Assembly (NCBI GenBank): GCA_009103225.1
Contig: RHPI01002823.1
Location: 687,608-751,607, forward strand
Direction: 5' to 3'
DNA: 64,000 bases
From: Chlorokybus atmophyticus
Taxonomy: Eukaryota; Plantae; Mesostigma and Chlorokybus algae
The position numbers and the translations under genes were made by a program. Shown here piece after piece: positions 1-12,975 of this stretch. The notes under the pieces are model-generated. The model searched no databases, was not told the origin of the DNA, and was given only the letters and a program-made list of their open reading frames with translations. Position 1 is the first letter of the stretch, and every line of letters starts with the position of its first letter.

Positions 1-454
1 CCCCTTCCCTCTGCATCAGCTACGTTAACACCCGCGCGTCGTGGTGGGACTGAGTGGCATATTCACATTGCTTGCTTGATATCATCAGTGATTTATCTTT
101 GTCATATCCCCGAGAGCTGGCCATACATTCTCACTGACAGCATTGGCTATGCTGATGTTATTGACCTCATTTATTTATTCTCAATGGTACCATGGCATGA
201 TGCAAGCCATATACACAAAAGTCCTTTCTGCACAGCTGCATACGAGTACCGAGCAGCACTGACAATGCAAACCCCTACCCTATGCAACCCTTGCACACGA
301 AGTTGTTTTCCCACACAACTGCAACAAGTGCTGAGCAGCACTGTTGCGACGATACACAACCATACCACGCTACCACGCAACACCTTATTGGTGAGAGGCC
401 ACATGCCAATGCATGCTAAACCAAACACTGCCTTAGCCACATAACCTTCCCCTG

Positions 455-2648
455 CTACTCCACAGAGACGTTGTTGAATGTGGCCATTGCCAGCGCAGGC
501 GAGCACTCTGCGCCATACGTCACCGATGACACGCCCATGCCAGCAAAGACAGGGCCGAGGACAGCGGATCCGTCTGGAGGCGTGAAGGAGTATATGACAG
601 TCCAGGACTCGCCATCCAGAGATGCTGCGGGAAAGCACAACAAGAAGCAAGGTGTGTGCGTGCGCATGCACGTGTCTATGTCACCTGAAGTAGAGTGCAT
701 GCGTGCGTGCATGTGTGTCACCTGAGGCATTGATGGTGGCACCAGTGCGTTCAATCTGGAGCCACACTGGCAGGGAGGCTGGGTTGAAAGGCAAACCAAG
801 CGCAGGTATGTCGAATGCTACTGTCGTTCCATCTTGGATCGCGCGATACTGCAAAGGTTGTCCACACTCAATGTGTGAACCCTGCTTGTTGTGCAACACT
901 GCATACCTGTACAGAAACCGTGGTGGCAGCTTCCCATGTCTGCCCTGCAATGACCTCAACTGCAGGGGAACCTGTTTGCACACATATCATCAGCGCACAA
1001 GTGTACAATCAACAGCGCAAATGCTGGTTCAAGTAACAACTACCAACCAGGAGTGAGGTTGGAGCGTAGCACGAGCGCGGACTTCATGGCGGGAAAGTTT
1101 GTGAGGTCTTGCGTCAAGACTGTTGCAGTGATGGTGACGTCGCCAGCGTGTGTCGCAGTGTCGTGCACGTAACGGAACGAGTCCGCCACATCCCACATGT
1201 TTGCTGCGCCACAAAGCATGTCACTGTTAATGCACGAGGCTGCTAATACCTTACCTCGTCACTGAACCCAACATCCACTGGACATACCGCCGCAGTTGGC
1301 GATCTCCCACACGCCGGTGTCGGCAGTGAATGAGGTTGTTCCTGGAGTTGTAGAGGCAACGTCTGTCGACTCGAAGCTGCCTGGTGTTGACGAGGGCGGG
1401 GATGGCGTGTCCGCTGCAGGAGGTGGCGATGGAGACGGTGTGTCCACAGGTGGAGAGGGAGAGGGAGAGGGAGTGGGTCCACCACCTATCTGAGGCACTG
1501 CGCACACACCGCTGTAAAAAACTTGTGGGCAAAGCGAAATGATACTCTCAGGATGCCAATAGTGGCAATGACAACAGCAGTGGTGTTTGCACCAGAGCAG
1601 ACAATGCCATATGGGTTGTAGCAGAGGTCATCATCCCAGGTGCCAGGATGATCCGGGGGCGCGTTGCCGTAACCGACCATGAACACGCAGTACTCGTCGC
1701 GGCTCGGGTACGTGTTGTCCGGCTCATACAACATGTCGTTATCGATCCACCAGTCTTGATAAGTCTGAGGAATGGTTCCTGTGGGCGTGGCGATTCAGAT
1801 TCAGAACACACATGATGTCATAATGTGCCAGCTGGACAAAAATGCGCGCGTGCACACATATTCGGAATTGTAATCATTGATAACACCCCTGTGATTGCAA
1901 CAGGTATGAGATTAGCAGCGAAAACAACGTCTCTCCTTCCTCACCTGTGCCCCAGGTGTGGCCACCCCAGTGAAACAGGTTGACGCGTGCCGGGCATTGA
2001 GCTTCTGTCGGGGCAGGACAGGGGAGAGCATCCCATTCTGGCCCATCAATCTCGGCGCTGCGAGAGAGGCCGATCCTGACATGATGATAACAGTCAGCTT
2101 GTTTGCATGTTGATAACACCTGTTGTTCTGCATGCAACTTGGTGACAGTGGGCCACATACCAGACGGTTATGTAGGGGGCGATCTTGCTCAGGATGGTGT
2201 TTCTCTCCGCCTCGCTGTATATCTGTGCAAGGGTCCCGCCAATGCTCTCGCAGTGGACCTGACCGTCGTTCCATAAGAACTGCTGGCTTTCGCCCAGGTT
2301 GTACACTCCCCTGCAAGAAAGAAAGAAAGTTCACAACCCATCACACTGGTTGATGTTGGCAAGACGGCACCCATACTTACGTTGCAGCATCAATGAATGG
2401 GAAGCAGTAACACTGCGAGTTGGGGTCGCTTTCGTCGCCAGTCAAGCAGAGCGCACCATTGGAATCTTCAGTAGGGCAAGCACCTGCACCAGAGCAGCAT
2501 TCATACCATACGAGTGAGAGAACAACATAATTGCATCGATTCTAACCACAATACCTTCAGTGAGCAATGGTTTACTGACCAGCAGCAAGCACAGCAAGCC
2601 AGCCCATACGAGGACACTGCGAGTGGCTTGGAACACGACTGAACCCAT
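455..2648 (-). CDS. Secreted C-type lectin domain + Pro/Ser/Thr linker + DUF1349/ConA-like beta-sandwich protein, copy 1 (10 exons)
   Basis: Hand-spliced exons 2648-2555, 2483-2381, 2310-2161, 2074-1945, 1778-1593, 1497-1288, 1203-1048, 971-907, 848-722, 624-455, all GT-AG with consistent phases. Signal peptide MGSVVFQATRSVLVWAGLLCLLLVSKPLLTEG. CTLD motifs WNDGQVHCESIGGTLAQIYSEAE, VWIGL, YEPDN..DEYCVFM, WDDDLCY..GIVC. PSPSP linker. C-terminal GANMWDVADSFRYV..GDVTITATV..KSALVLRSNLTPGS..LPVWLQIERTGATINASASLDGESWTVI..VFAGMGVSS..ATFNNVSVE*. Confidence 0.85.
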
Positions 2649-4149
2649 TGCTATCAACTGCTGGACACACTGGGCAGATGAAGCCGTATACTTTTGTGAC
2701 TAGGCAGGGTGCGTATTATATACAACTAACCGCGCGAGTTCCCATGCCCAAGGGCGACGGATGTCGTGATAATTACAACAACGGCCTGACTTGTTGGAAT
2801 TGACAAACAGACGCTGACTGACTGACTGACTGCCTACCTGGTGCTTGCTTGACGGACTGGCCGAAAGTGCGTTACATACGAGAAAGTGCAGCCTCCGTGT
2901 CTTGAAATGGCGTGAAGAAAGGCTGTACTTGAAATCAAGTCAAAGGCAGCTGTCTATGCTGCAAACCCTGAACGCTGGCATGCATTGGCAAGCAGGACGT
3001 GGTTTGGCTGAACCTGGGGCAGCTCCTGTCAGCATTTATCTCGTTAAGCGCAACGAAGTACACCGTGCCCACCGGAGCAATCTAGCGTACTTTCGTGCTC
3101 CACCCATTACCATCAGGTTGCAAATTGTTGATAACTGAGCAGCCTGACACGTCTCCTTGCCCAAGTCAAGCAATTCGACCGACTTCCTCCACGTAAGCAA
3201 GCATGCTTCACATGAGCGTTGCCAGAGTTCAAACCGTGAGACTGGCGTCAACAATGCATGCAACACGGTCAGTGATAATCGCTGACGCCAGAGTGACTGC
3301 CGCCCGCTGCACCTCACAAAGCGCATGGGCCAGTCATCGCAGGACAGCAGCAGCACACCTGGTCAGGGGGACTGTACACACCCGCCATGCAGAGCGGCCT
3401 CAAGAAGCGCCGCCGCCCCTCCTTGCTTCGACCGCCCTCCCCCGCCGCATGCTTCTCGCAAGCTTGAAGCTGTCCGGCCTGCCACCACCACCACCACGCC
3501 GACCAAGCTGCCTGCCTCCTGTACTGTAACACATGGCGCTTCTCCTCCAGCAGCTGATAGGCTCTGCTGCGGCAGAGCTGAGGGCAACAGGGACGTGCTG
3601 TACGCACTTGTCAGTGGGCCCAGTGTTGTGATCTGAGACACACGGTGACATGCACTAGCAGTACTGCAACAAACTTCAGTCGAGATTTACTGGCTTGCAC
3701 TAGCTTTGAGGGTAGGTCGCACTATTTAAGCACACCTTCAATTACGCAAGGCTCACCCCAAAAGGCTGGAGCCAAGTCACATTTGGGGGTGGGTGGGCTA
3801 AGTGAGCAATGTAGGGCACACCCAGCCGGGCCCGCTACATGTTGTGTGAGACGAAAGTCGTTGTCGCGACAGATGTGAGCTGCATGTGATCGCGAACAAG
3901 TCACCATTCACTTCTCGTGTTGATATCAATTCGTGGCGCTCAGCACACAAAGGAAAGCAATGTGTGAGTGAGCGTATGTAAAGGGTATGCTACTATGGCA
4001 ACATGTGTGCACATCGTGATCTGCTAGTGTACGATTGCCGCCAGCGCGTGGCTTGCATGCGCGTGCTGTGTTTGAATCGTTTAGGAGTGCTCTGTAAATG
4101 TGCATTCATGCTGATGTGCATGCATCGTTGCAGCGGTGACACCGATACT

Positions 4150-4192
4150 AGATTTGCAAGTGTACACTGAACCAGTGTACACTTGCAAATCT
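4150..4192. repeat. Perfect 20-bp inverted repeat with 3-nt spacer
   Basis: agatttgcaagtgtacactg-aac-cagtgtacacttgcaaatct; the arms are exact reverse complements. Confidence 0.9.
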
Positions 4193-4809
4193 GGTGGTGT
4201 TGCGGGGGTAGGGATAGGGATACATCTGCGTGCGTGCTGACAATGGGGCAAATTGATTGTGTGTGCGTGTATACGAACAAACGCACACAGTGCATGGGGT
4301 GTGCTGTACTTCACATCGCACAGTGCTGTGTTCACCAGGTTAAACAAGGGACAGACAAGTAACAGTACCAGCAAAGACCTCCGTGTTTGTAAATGCTGCA
4401 GTGCGCAGGACAAACACAGACACCATGGCTGTGCACACAAGGTATTGACTCTGTCGGACACATCCATAACAACGAATGGGCTGGGCATTTACCTTGCTAA
4501 CTCAAGAAGAGAATCAACGATCACACACCGGCAGCTGGCACCTAGATTCAACAGTTGACCAGCCTGGCACATACCGCCACAGCATTCTGTGCGTACATGT
4601 GCGAATGGACACATGTGAACAAACACACCCATGCATTTACGCACTTGCTCTGTGCTGAGTCTGCGTGGCATTGTCTCACTGCTGAACCTATAGCATCAAT
4701 AGATGTCCTTCAAGTATATCCAACAGCAACAATCATAGTGGCAAGACAGTTCTTAATACAGTCCCGTCAATGCAAATTCCGATGTTACATGTCACAATGT
4801 TCAACGGTA

Positions 4810-5010
4810 GCATGATGCCAGCCCTGTACAAAAAAGTCCTTCCTGCCCAACTGCACACAAGTGCTAAACAGCACTATCAACGCAAAATCCTACCTTACCA
4901 TGCAAGCCCTGCACACAAAAGTTGATATGCACAGCGGCAAACAAGTGCTGAGCAGCACTGTTGCAGCGATACACGTTCCTACCACACTACACCTTATTGG
5001 TGAGAGATGA
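4810..5010. repeat. Diverged duplicate of the 3' flank of lectin copy 1 (~190-440)
   Basis: Shared strings such as caaaagtcctt(t)ctgc, caagtgctgagcagcactgttgc and caccttattggtgaga occur downstream of both paralogues, so the duplication included 3' UTR/flank. Confidence 0.7.
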
Positions 5011-5062
5011 CTGCTGATGTAAAGAACCACACTTGATTCCGCCACATAATGACCTTCCCATA

Positions 5063-7430
5063 CTACTGCACAGCGACGTTGCTGAGTGTAGCCGTTGCGA
5101 GTGGCTTGCACGTCGACCCATACGTCACCGAACACACGCCCATGCCGACATAGATGGAGCTGAGGAGCGGGGAGCCAGCCGCAGGCGTGTAGGTATTGAT
5201 GACTGTCCAGGACACGCCGTTGGTAGATGCTGCAGAGAAGTACAAGGACAGAGGTTAGGTCAACCATGTGGTGTTATGTCTGTGTATGTGAACGCACGCG
5301 GGCGCAGGCGCATACATGCACTCAGGCGTGCATGCACGCACATTGAGAGCTTTGTGTCTAAGTGTATGTTCACCTGAGGAGGTGAATGTGGTACCGGTAC
5401 GGGAAATCTTGAGATATACTGGCAGGGTGCACGGGTTGAAGGGCGAACCTGAAGCAGGGAAGTTGGTTGCTACTGTCGGTCCGCCTTGTGTTTCGCGATA
5501 CTGTTGGATATATTTCTCTCATCAGTACCATCAAGGGTTGTCGTCTCAGTCAGTTACTAACAAAGCTCGCAAACCTGCACGAAAATGGTGGTAGCAGCTT
5601 GCCATGTCTTTGCAGCCAAAAGTTCAACTGTTGGGGACCCTGTTCAATTATGCTGTCAGCAATGCTGGGACAAGCAGGCAATCAAGCAGCACTCTTACTC
5701 ATACTTGTGAACACAGCTACTTGCCAGGCGTAAGGTTGGAGCGCAGCACGAGTGCGGCTTTCATGTTGGGGAAGTTCTTCAGGTCCTGCGTCAAGACTTT
5801 TGCGGTGATGGTCACGCTGCCGGCGTAAGTTTTGGTGCTATACACATAGCGGAAGGAGTCCGCCGCATCCCACATGTTGGCTGCGGGTATACAACACATC
5901 AGCCTTAGTGTGCCAAGCTCCTGCATTGCCAACAACCCAACATGTACCACACATACCGCCACAGTTGGTAATCTGCCAGACACCAGTTTTTGCAGTATAT
6001 GTGGTTGTGCCTGGCGTCGTGGCAGCGATGTCCAGTGACACGAAGTTGTTTATAGCTGTTTGCGGCCCTGGTGGTGGGGATGGTGGCGGGGATAGTGTTG
6101 GCGTTGGTGGTGGCAATGATGCTGTCGGTGGAGGGGAAGAAGGATTGGACGCACCTATCTGGGGCACTGTACAGAATGTTGAGGCAAGTGAGAACAGTAC
6201 GTGCATTCGAGTGTCTGTGTGCACGCACGCGTGTGATATGTGTGTATGCCTGTAACACACATGCACTGTACTGTAACAAAATGTGATTAGACAACTGCGT
6301 AAGGCACGTAACATTCCGTACGCACCAGAGCAGACGATGGGATATGTGCTGTAGCAGAGGTCGTCATCCCAAGTGCCTGGTTGAGCGGGCGGTTGGTTGC
6401 CGTAGCCGACCATGAAGACGCAGTACTCGTCGCGGCTGTAATACGTGTTGTCCGGCTCATACAACATGTCGTTATCAATCCACCAGTCCTGATAGCTTTG
6501 AGGGATTGTTCCTGAGCAGCGTGATAAACACATCTGACGGTCACTCACAAAGCAATGCCATGTCAAGACACTGAATAACAGTGAGGAACCAGCACAAGCA
6601 TACATACATCAGGAAAGTAAGGCCCGCATATGGCAGGCTGCAAGTACAGTCAAAGTGGACAACAACACGCCTTTGATAGCAACAACAGTGTGGTAACGCT
6701 AGCGACAACTCTCACCAGTGCCCCAAGTGTGGCCACCCCATTTGAAAAGGTCGACGCGCGCCGGGCATTGTGCTTGGGTTGGGGGAGGACAAGGCAGAGC
6801 GTCCCACTGAGCGCCGTTAACAGCATCGTTGCGAGAGAGGCCAATCCTGGTTGTTGTACACAAGATGCTCAGTGCTTGTTGCCGCATGACTGCTACTGCT
6901 TGCTGCAAGGAGGCAAGGCGCTGCTGTACCAGACGGTTATGTAGGGTTTGATCACGTTCAGAATGGTCGTTTTCTCCGCCTCACTGTATATCTGCGCAAG
7001 GGTCCCACCGATGCTCTCGCATTGAAGCTGACCATCGTTCCATGTGAAGTGCTGGCTCTCGTCTTGAACTGAGTTGGCTCCCCTGCAAGCAATCACCACC
7101 GTTCAGCGCCTGAATGAAACGTAAGGCAAGCAGTGACGTGCGCTGTCATTCACGTTGTTGCGTCTATCCAAGGAATGCAGTAGCACTGTGTGTTGGGGTC
7201 GCTGGCATCGCCCGTAAGACAGAGCGCACCGTTCTTGTCCTGTGTCGGGCAGGCGCCTGCACACAACAACCACACCATTAGAAAAAGCAAGAGGCACTCA
7301 TGAAGGCAAGCATACCAACATAAAACCCAAGTCACAAGTTACCTTGAGTGGGCAAAGGGGTAGCAACCAGCAGCATCAACAACAAACCAGCCCAGGTGGT
7401 GTAAACAACGGACTGGAACACTGAAGCCAT
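5063..7430 (-). CDS. Secreted C-type lectin + Pro-rich linker + DUF1349/ConA-like protein, copy 2 (tandem paralogue)
   Basis: Same exon structure and phases as copy 1. ATG at 7430 (MASVFQSVVYTTWAGLLLMLLVATPLPTQG), then GACPTQDKNGALCLTGDASDPNTQCYCIPW, TWNDGQLQCESIGGTLAQIYSEAE, YEPDNTYYSRDEYCVFMVG..WDDDLCY, PPP linker, ANMWDAADSFRYVY, SIYVGMGVCSVTYG..ATATLSNVAVQ*. One donor (5724-5723) is GC. Confidence 0.85.
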
Positions 7431-8403
7431 GGCGGTCTACTTGCTGAATGACAACCCACAAACACACTGATCTGTTCAGAACTGAGCTACATGCTGCTTA
7501 TATACGGTGCGAGGACGCACAAGTCGAGCCACGCAAGGCGGCCGCCCACCTGACACGACTGAGCACCATAAAATATGATCAATGCAAGGAAACGGTATGC
7601 TGCCTTCCCGCCTGCTGGCCTGACTGACAGAGGCACGGACCGGCGTCAAAGTTAGCGTACAACAGCAAGCTGCTTACACAGAGGACGTCATGCTGCTGCT
7701 TTCTTTGGCATGTTACTAGGCTTACTGCCTACCTTCTGCCGCGAGTATTGTATGCTCCCAAAATGCCCTGCAACGTCACGACAAGACGGTCTTGTCAACA
7801 GGGCAGCTTGCACGAGGGCAGCCGCTCAACGAACCCACTGGGGATTTGTTGCTGTGAACCCCAGGCGGGTGTAAAGCCCAGGTCACGGCGTTGGTGCTCA
7901 ACATCCACAACCACCTGCGAAAGACCTCAACCAGCAAACCGACAAAACCCTGCATTGGGTCGCATCCACTTGTGACACTGCGTTCCGCCCTGCAAACTCT
8001 CGTCACATCAGCCGGGCAGGTCTATTATCAACTTGAGAGAGAGAAACCTCCTTCCTCTGTGTACTTGCCTTACCTTGCCGACGTGCCCTGTAAGGCTGCT
8101 TGCTGTGTGTCAGCATGCTGAGCGGCGTGTTGATCCGTAAGCTTGCTGCTTGCAAGCGGACAGCGGACAGAGCAAGCAGTCGCTAGGCTAAGATTGGCCA
8201 ACTTGCGGGTGTACAAGTTGAAGTAATTTGGCGTTACCATCAAGGTGGCTGCTTTAAGTGTGGCAAATGAACCGGAAAACGCGTCACTCGGGCACCATAG
8301 CTTTGCGTAAGGGTTTAGACACATGCAGAGACAGTGTCTTGACATAATCAGCTGTAACTCGTCGTACAGAAGCGCCACACGCGAAAGGGAGGTTGAAGCT
8401 CGC

Positions 8404-8552
8404 AGGCCGTCACATCATGGTTGCATGTAGTACATTCGCGTTGCCCAAGTAGTGCAATCATCAATAGAGGCCACAGTACATGCATGCCGTCACATCATGA
8501 TTGCATGCGTGTTGCCTAGGTAATGTCATCATCGATAGAGGTCACAGTACAA
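8404..8552. repeat. Imperfect tandem direct repeat (2 x ~70-80 bp)
   Basis: gccgtcacatcatg(g/a)ttgcatg...atc(a/g)atagagg(c/t)cacagtaca occurs twice in tandem. Confidence 0.7.
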
Positions 8553-9532
8553 TCTGTCACAGTACAGTCTGTACTGTACATGCCATGTGTTACATCAAGA
8601 CATGCAAGATCATGGCGTTTGCTTTCAGGTCGTAGTATTGATGGCAGGCCAGGATCACATCAGGCAGCTAGCTGAAGCTGGCTTCACTTGAGCCTAGCTT
8701 GAATCACGCATTGGATCACTCAGGTTGGTGAAGTGACTCACCTCAAGTAACTTGTCCTCCTTTTCTTAATGTACCTTCCCCTTGCGGGCTTCACATACAA
8801 AAACAAGTAAATCAAAGCAAGTAAATCTTCTACCTCATCGTCACTCCGTCACGTGACCGCACAACACATGTTGTGCAGGGCCGCACAAGCCCTCGCTCGC
8901 CCCCGTTTTCAACAGTTGTGCAGATATCCATCATAGACGATATCCATGCAGCTGCCGTGCACGCTATGGAAGCGGTCCAATAATCCCAGCGGATGACGTT
9001 GAACCTACATCGACGGCTGAAAACCTGCACAGCTGCTCATCGCGGCACCAACCCGGAGGGCTGTCCTTGAGACACGTCAAGGCACTGCGACTAGTCATAA
9101 GTTGATATCAGCAACCTTCACGGACATCGGTCCTCACAAAGCAAGGCACCAGGTAACGCGCTGCTCGAGCTCTGCGACGCGCACTGCACGGCTACGCGAA
9201 ACCTGGCGGCCGGGCACCGAACGCTCTGGATCTGCCCCTCGCCCGGGCAGCTTTTCACACCAGCCACGTAGAACACATAGAAAGGCCCAGAAGCTTCAAC
9301 CTGCAGTTGTACATAAACTGCTGCTGTCAACGTGAGGGCAAGGGCAGCTTTCCTAACGGCGACAGAGCGAAAGAGACGTTAAACGGCGTGCAAAGTGACC
9401 ACCAAAGCCAGACTGTCTTGCATAGGCGGCGGCGGCAGTGCTGATCGAGGCTAGAGTGTTGCTGTGCTTGTAGTTGGCGGTGGTGTTGACGGGCGGCGCT
9501 TGAAGTGGTTAGGGCTTGAGTGTTTTCACAGC

Positions 9533-12310
9533 ATGGAGGCCGTTGCGTCTTCCTCTATGGCGTTCTCCGCGGCGGCGGCTGCTGCCACCACAACAGCCTC
9601 CAGGTCTGGCAGGGCGTCGTCCAGCAGGTCGTCGTTCAGGGGGACGGCGTCTTTGGGAGGCTCAGCTTTCTTCAACGGCGGCAGCGCTTTGAGGCAGGGA
9701 GTGCGCGCGCAGGCTCGCAGGAGAACGCAAGAAGAAAGGGGTCATGGCCTCCGCGTGGTCTGCGAGAAGGTGGTCGGTATCGACCTGGGCACTACCAACT
9801 CTGCTGTCGCTGCCATGGAGGTGAGCTGGTTATTTTCTTGCCATTAGCTGATTCCACGACATCTGCTATACTCGTTGGCCGCCAGGCAATGTTTTGCGTT
9901 GTATTTTCCAGTTTTGTCATGCATGCTCATTTTCTGTAACGTTGCATGCTACGAGTCTCAAGCTGTCTCAGCTGTCTCTATCACATGCACCAGCTTCTGA
10001 TTAACCTCTGTCCAGGGTGGCAAGCCCACAATTGTTACCAACGCCGAGGGTCAGCGCACAACCCCCTCCGTGGTTGCTTTCACCAAGAGCGGCGACCGGT
10101 TGGTGGGCCAGATTGCCAAGCGACAGGCAGTGGTGAACCCCGAGAATACCTTCTTCAGTGTCAAGCGCTTCATTGGTCGCAAGCATGAGGAGATCTCAGA
10201 AGAGGCCAAGCAGGTGTCTTACAATGTAATCCGCGACAGCAATGGCAATGTCAAGCTGGACTGCCCCAATGCCAAGAAGCAGTTTGCTGCTGAAGAGATT
10301 TCTGCACAGGTAACAGTCATATCTCGCTGTTGTTGTTTCATTGCTGTGTGCATGTTCTGTTTGGAGCATGCAACCTTATCATGTGCGTACTTACATGTAA
10401 TCTGTAACAGGTCCTTCGCAAGCTGGTTGAGGACTCGAGCAAGTTCTTGAATGACACTGTGACCAGGGCTGTGATCACCGTCCCTGCCTACTTCAATGAT
10501 GCTCAGCGCCAGGCCACAAAGGATGCCGGCAGGATTGCCGGTCTAGAGGTGCTTCGTATCATCAACGAGCCCACTGCCGCATCCCTTGCATATGGTTTTG
10601 ACCGCAAGGCCAATGAGACCATCCTTGTCTTTGACCTTGGTGGTGGTACCTTCGACGTGTCTGTCCTGGAGGTCGGTGATGGTGTGTTCGAGGTGCTGTC
10701 TACCTCTGGAGACACTCACCTCGGTGGTGATGACTTTGACAAGCGCATTGTGGACTGGCTAGCGAATGACTTCAAGGCTCAGGAGGGTGTTGATTTGCTG
10801 AAGGACAAGCAGGCTCTGCAGCGCCTCACTGAGCAGGCTGAGAAGGCTAAGATGGAGCTCTCCACCATCACCAACACCTCTATCAGGTTTGTGTTCACAT
10901 TGGTTTCAGTTTTCGTGTATACGTTGTGAGGGTGAAAATTGTGTTGTAATTAACATTAGCATTTCTGCTTGCAGCCTGCCCTTCATCACTGCCACTGCTG
11001 AAGGTCCCAAGCACATTGACACTACCCTGACTCGTGCTAAGTTTGAGGAGTTGTGCTCGGACCTTCTGGACCGCTGCAAGCTCCCTGTGCAGTCTGCTCT
11101 TCGTGATGCCAAGCTGGACCTCAAGGATATCCAGGAGGTCATTCTGGTTGGCGGTTCTACCCGCATCCCCGCAGTGCAGGCCATTGTCAGGCAGATGACT
11201 GGCAAGGAGCCCAACGTCACTGTTAACCCAGATGAGGTTGTTGCCCTTGGTGCTGCTGTCCAGGCTGGTGTCCTTGCTGGCGAGGTGAGTTTTATAGTTG
11301 AGGGTGTTGTGTCTGAGTTACACACTGATTTAAGACTGCTGCAGTGCCTTCTTTGTGCTGGGTTTGGTGATGACTTGGGGCGTAGTCTAACAATTCATGT
11401 TGTTCAGGTTGGCGATATTGTGCTGCTGGATGTCACACCGCTGTCACTTGGTCTGGAGACTCTTGGTGGTGTCATGACCAAGATTATTCCCCGCAACACG
11501 ACCCTGCCCACAAGCAAGTCGGAGGTGTTCTCGACAGCCGCTGACGGTCAGACCAGCGTGGAGATCAATGTGCTTCAGGGTGAGCGCGAGTTCGTCAGGG
11601 ATAACAAGCAGATTGGCAACTTCCGCCTTGATGGCATCCCCCCGGCTCCTCGCGGCGTCCCCCAGATTGAAGTCAAGTTTGACATTGATGCTAATGGCAT
11701 CCTGTCAGTCTCGGCTGCTGACAAGGGCACAGGTGTGTGTTTTGTTCAATTCTGAATATATGTATGTTATATGCAACAGTTGTCATGCGCAGTATATGAT
11801 TTTGTTGAAGTAACAAGGTGGGTATGGGTGGTAGTTTTAATTCGCAATCTCGCTGCAGGCAAGAAGCAGGACATAAAGATTACTGGTGCCAGCACACTTC
11901 CTTCGGAGGAGGTTGAGCGCATGGTCAAGGAGGCAGACAAGTTTGGTGCCGAGGACAAGAAGAAGCGAGAGGCTGTGGACATCAAGAACAATGGTGACTC
12001 CCTTGCCTACAGCACAGAGAAGCAGCTGAAGGAGCTGGATGACAAGCTCCCCGCCGATATCAAGGACAAGGTCAATGCCAAGCTTACCACCCTCAGGGAA
12101 GCCATTGCCTCAGACAACACGGAGCAGATTAAGACCGCCTCCGCTGCGTTGCAAGAAGAGGTCATGAACATGGGCAAGGCTGTCTACCAACAAGGTGGCG
12201 CTGGTGGTGCTGCTCCTGGCGCTGGTGCTCCGGGTGCTGATGCTGCAGGCGGTGCTGCCGGTGGCAAGCCTGATGACGTTATCGACGCAGACTTCACGGA
12301 GAATAAGTAA
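9533..12310 (+). CDS. HSP70B: Plastid stromal HSP70 (cpHsc70/HSP70B, DnaK-type) with transit peptide, 6 exons
   Basis: Exons 9533-9820, 10016-10309, 10411-10886, 10975-11284, 11408-11732, 11859-12310. Ser/Ala/Arg-rich transit peptide ending [17 protein letters not shown]. Motifs [57 protein letters not shown]. Plastid-type C-terminus [12 protein letters not shown]. Confidence 0.97.
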
Positions 12311-12714
12311 ATTTCCAGTTGAGGTGTTGTTGCGCGCATAGGGGTTAGTGGGTTGATAGGGTGTTGTACATTATGACAGCTGCAGTTTTGCTGGGTTGTT
12401 AACAGCTGTCTATCTGAGTGTCTGAAGTTGGGTGTTAGCCTGACATTATGCTTTGCATCAACATGAATGCAATTGGTATGTATGCCTGCTGGAGTTGGTG
12501 GTCGCATATCTCAATGCTGTGTGTTATTGAATGGTAGTAATGCACTAAGCACTGGTGTCTATGTTATGAAATGTGAGTAGTAATGATCAGATTGAAACTG
12601 TCAACAAGCTTTCCTGCATATGTTGCTGCAATGCTGATGCCGGTTGTGTCCAGTGCACTACTGAGTATCTGTTTCAGTTTACTCAATAACTGTTGCTTGG
12701 ATTGTGATGGTGTG

Positions 12715-12975
12715 AAACGATGTGCATTGCCTCGCGATGTGCATTGTTGCTCAAACGATAGCAGTGACTACGGTATGTATGAGTGACAACATGCATGCTG
12801 AAGCAGTAGAGTATTCCTTTTGTACACCTGGCGCGTGCGTGGTGGTGTGAAGTGATGTGCATTGCCTTGCAATGCGTACAGTTGCTCGATTGCCAGCAAC
12901 ACTCACAGCATGTATGAGTGACAACAGGCATGCTGGAGAAGCAGCATAACCCTTCTGCACACCTGGCGCGCTGAA
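12715..12975. repeat. Imperfect tandem direct repeat (2 x ~130 bp) downstream of HSP70
   Basis: tgtgcattgcct..gttgctc..gtatgagtgacaaca(t/g)gcatgctg..aagcag..cacctggcgcg appears twice. Confidence 0.7.

Noticed and set aside
2845-3660. GC-rich stretch with overlapping short ORFs between the lectin paralogues
   Set aside because: No recognisable domain and no consistent exon chain could be built.
7748-8400. Short ORFs that might be a transposon or gene remnant
   Set aside because: No RT, integrase or transposase motif and no termini found.
9290-9297. GAAgcTTC heat-shock-element-like site upstream of HSP70
   Set aside because: Only two of the three pentamer units usually required; expected by chance.
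8830-9335. Possible small spliced gene divergent from HSP70
   Set aside because: Splice-like sites are present but there is no convincing reading frame.
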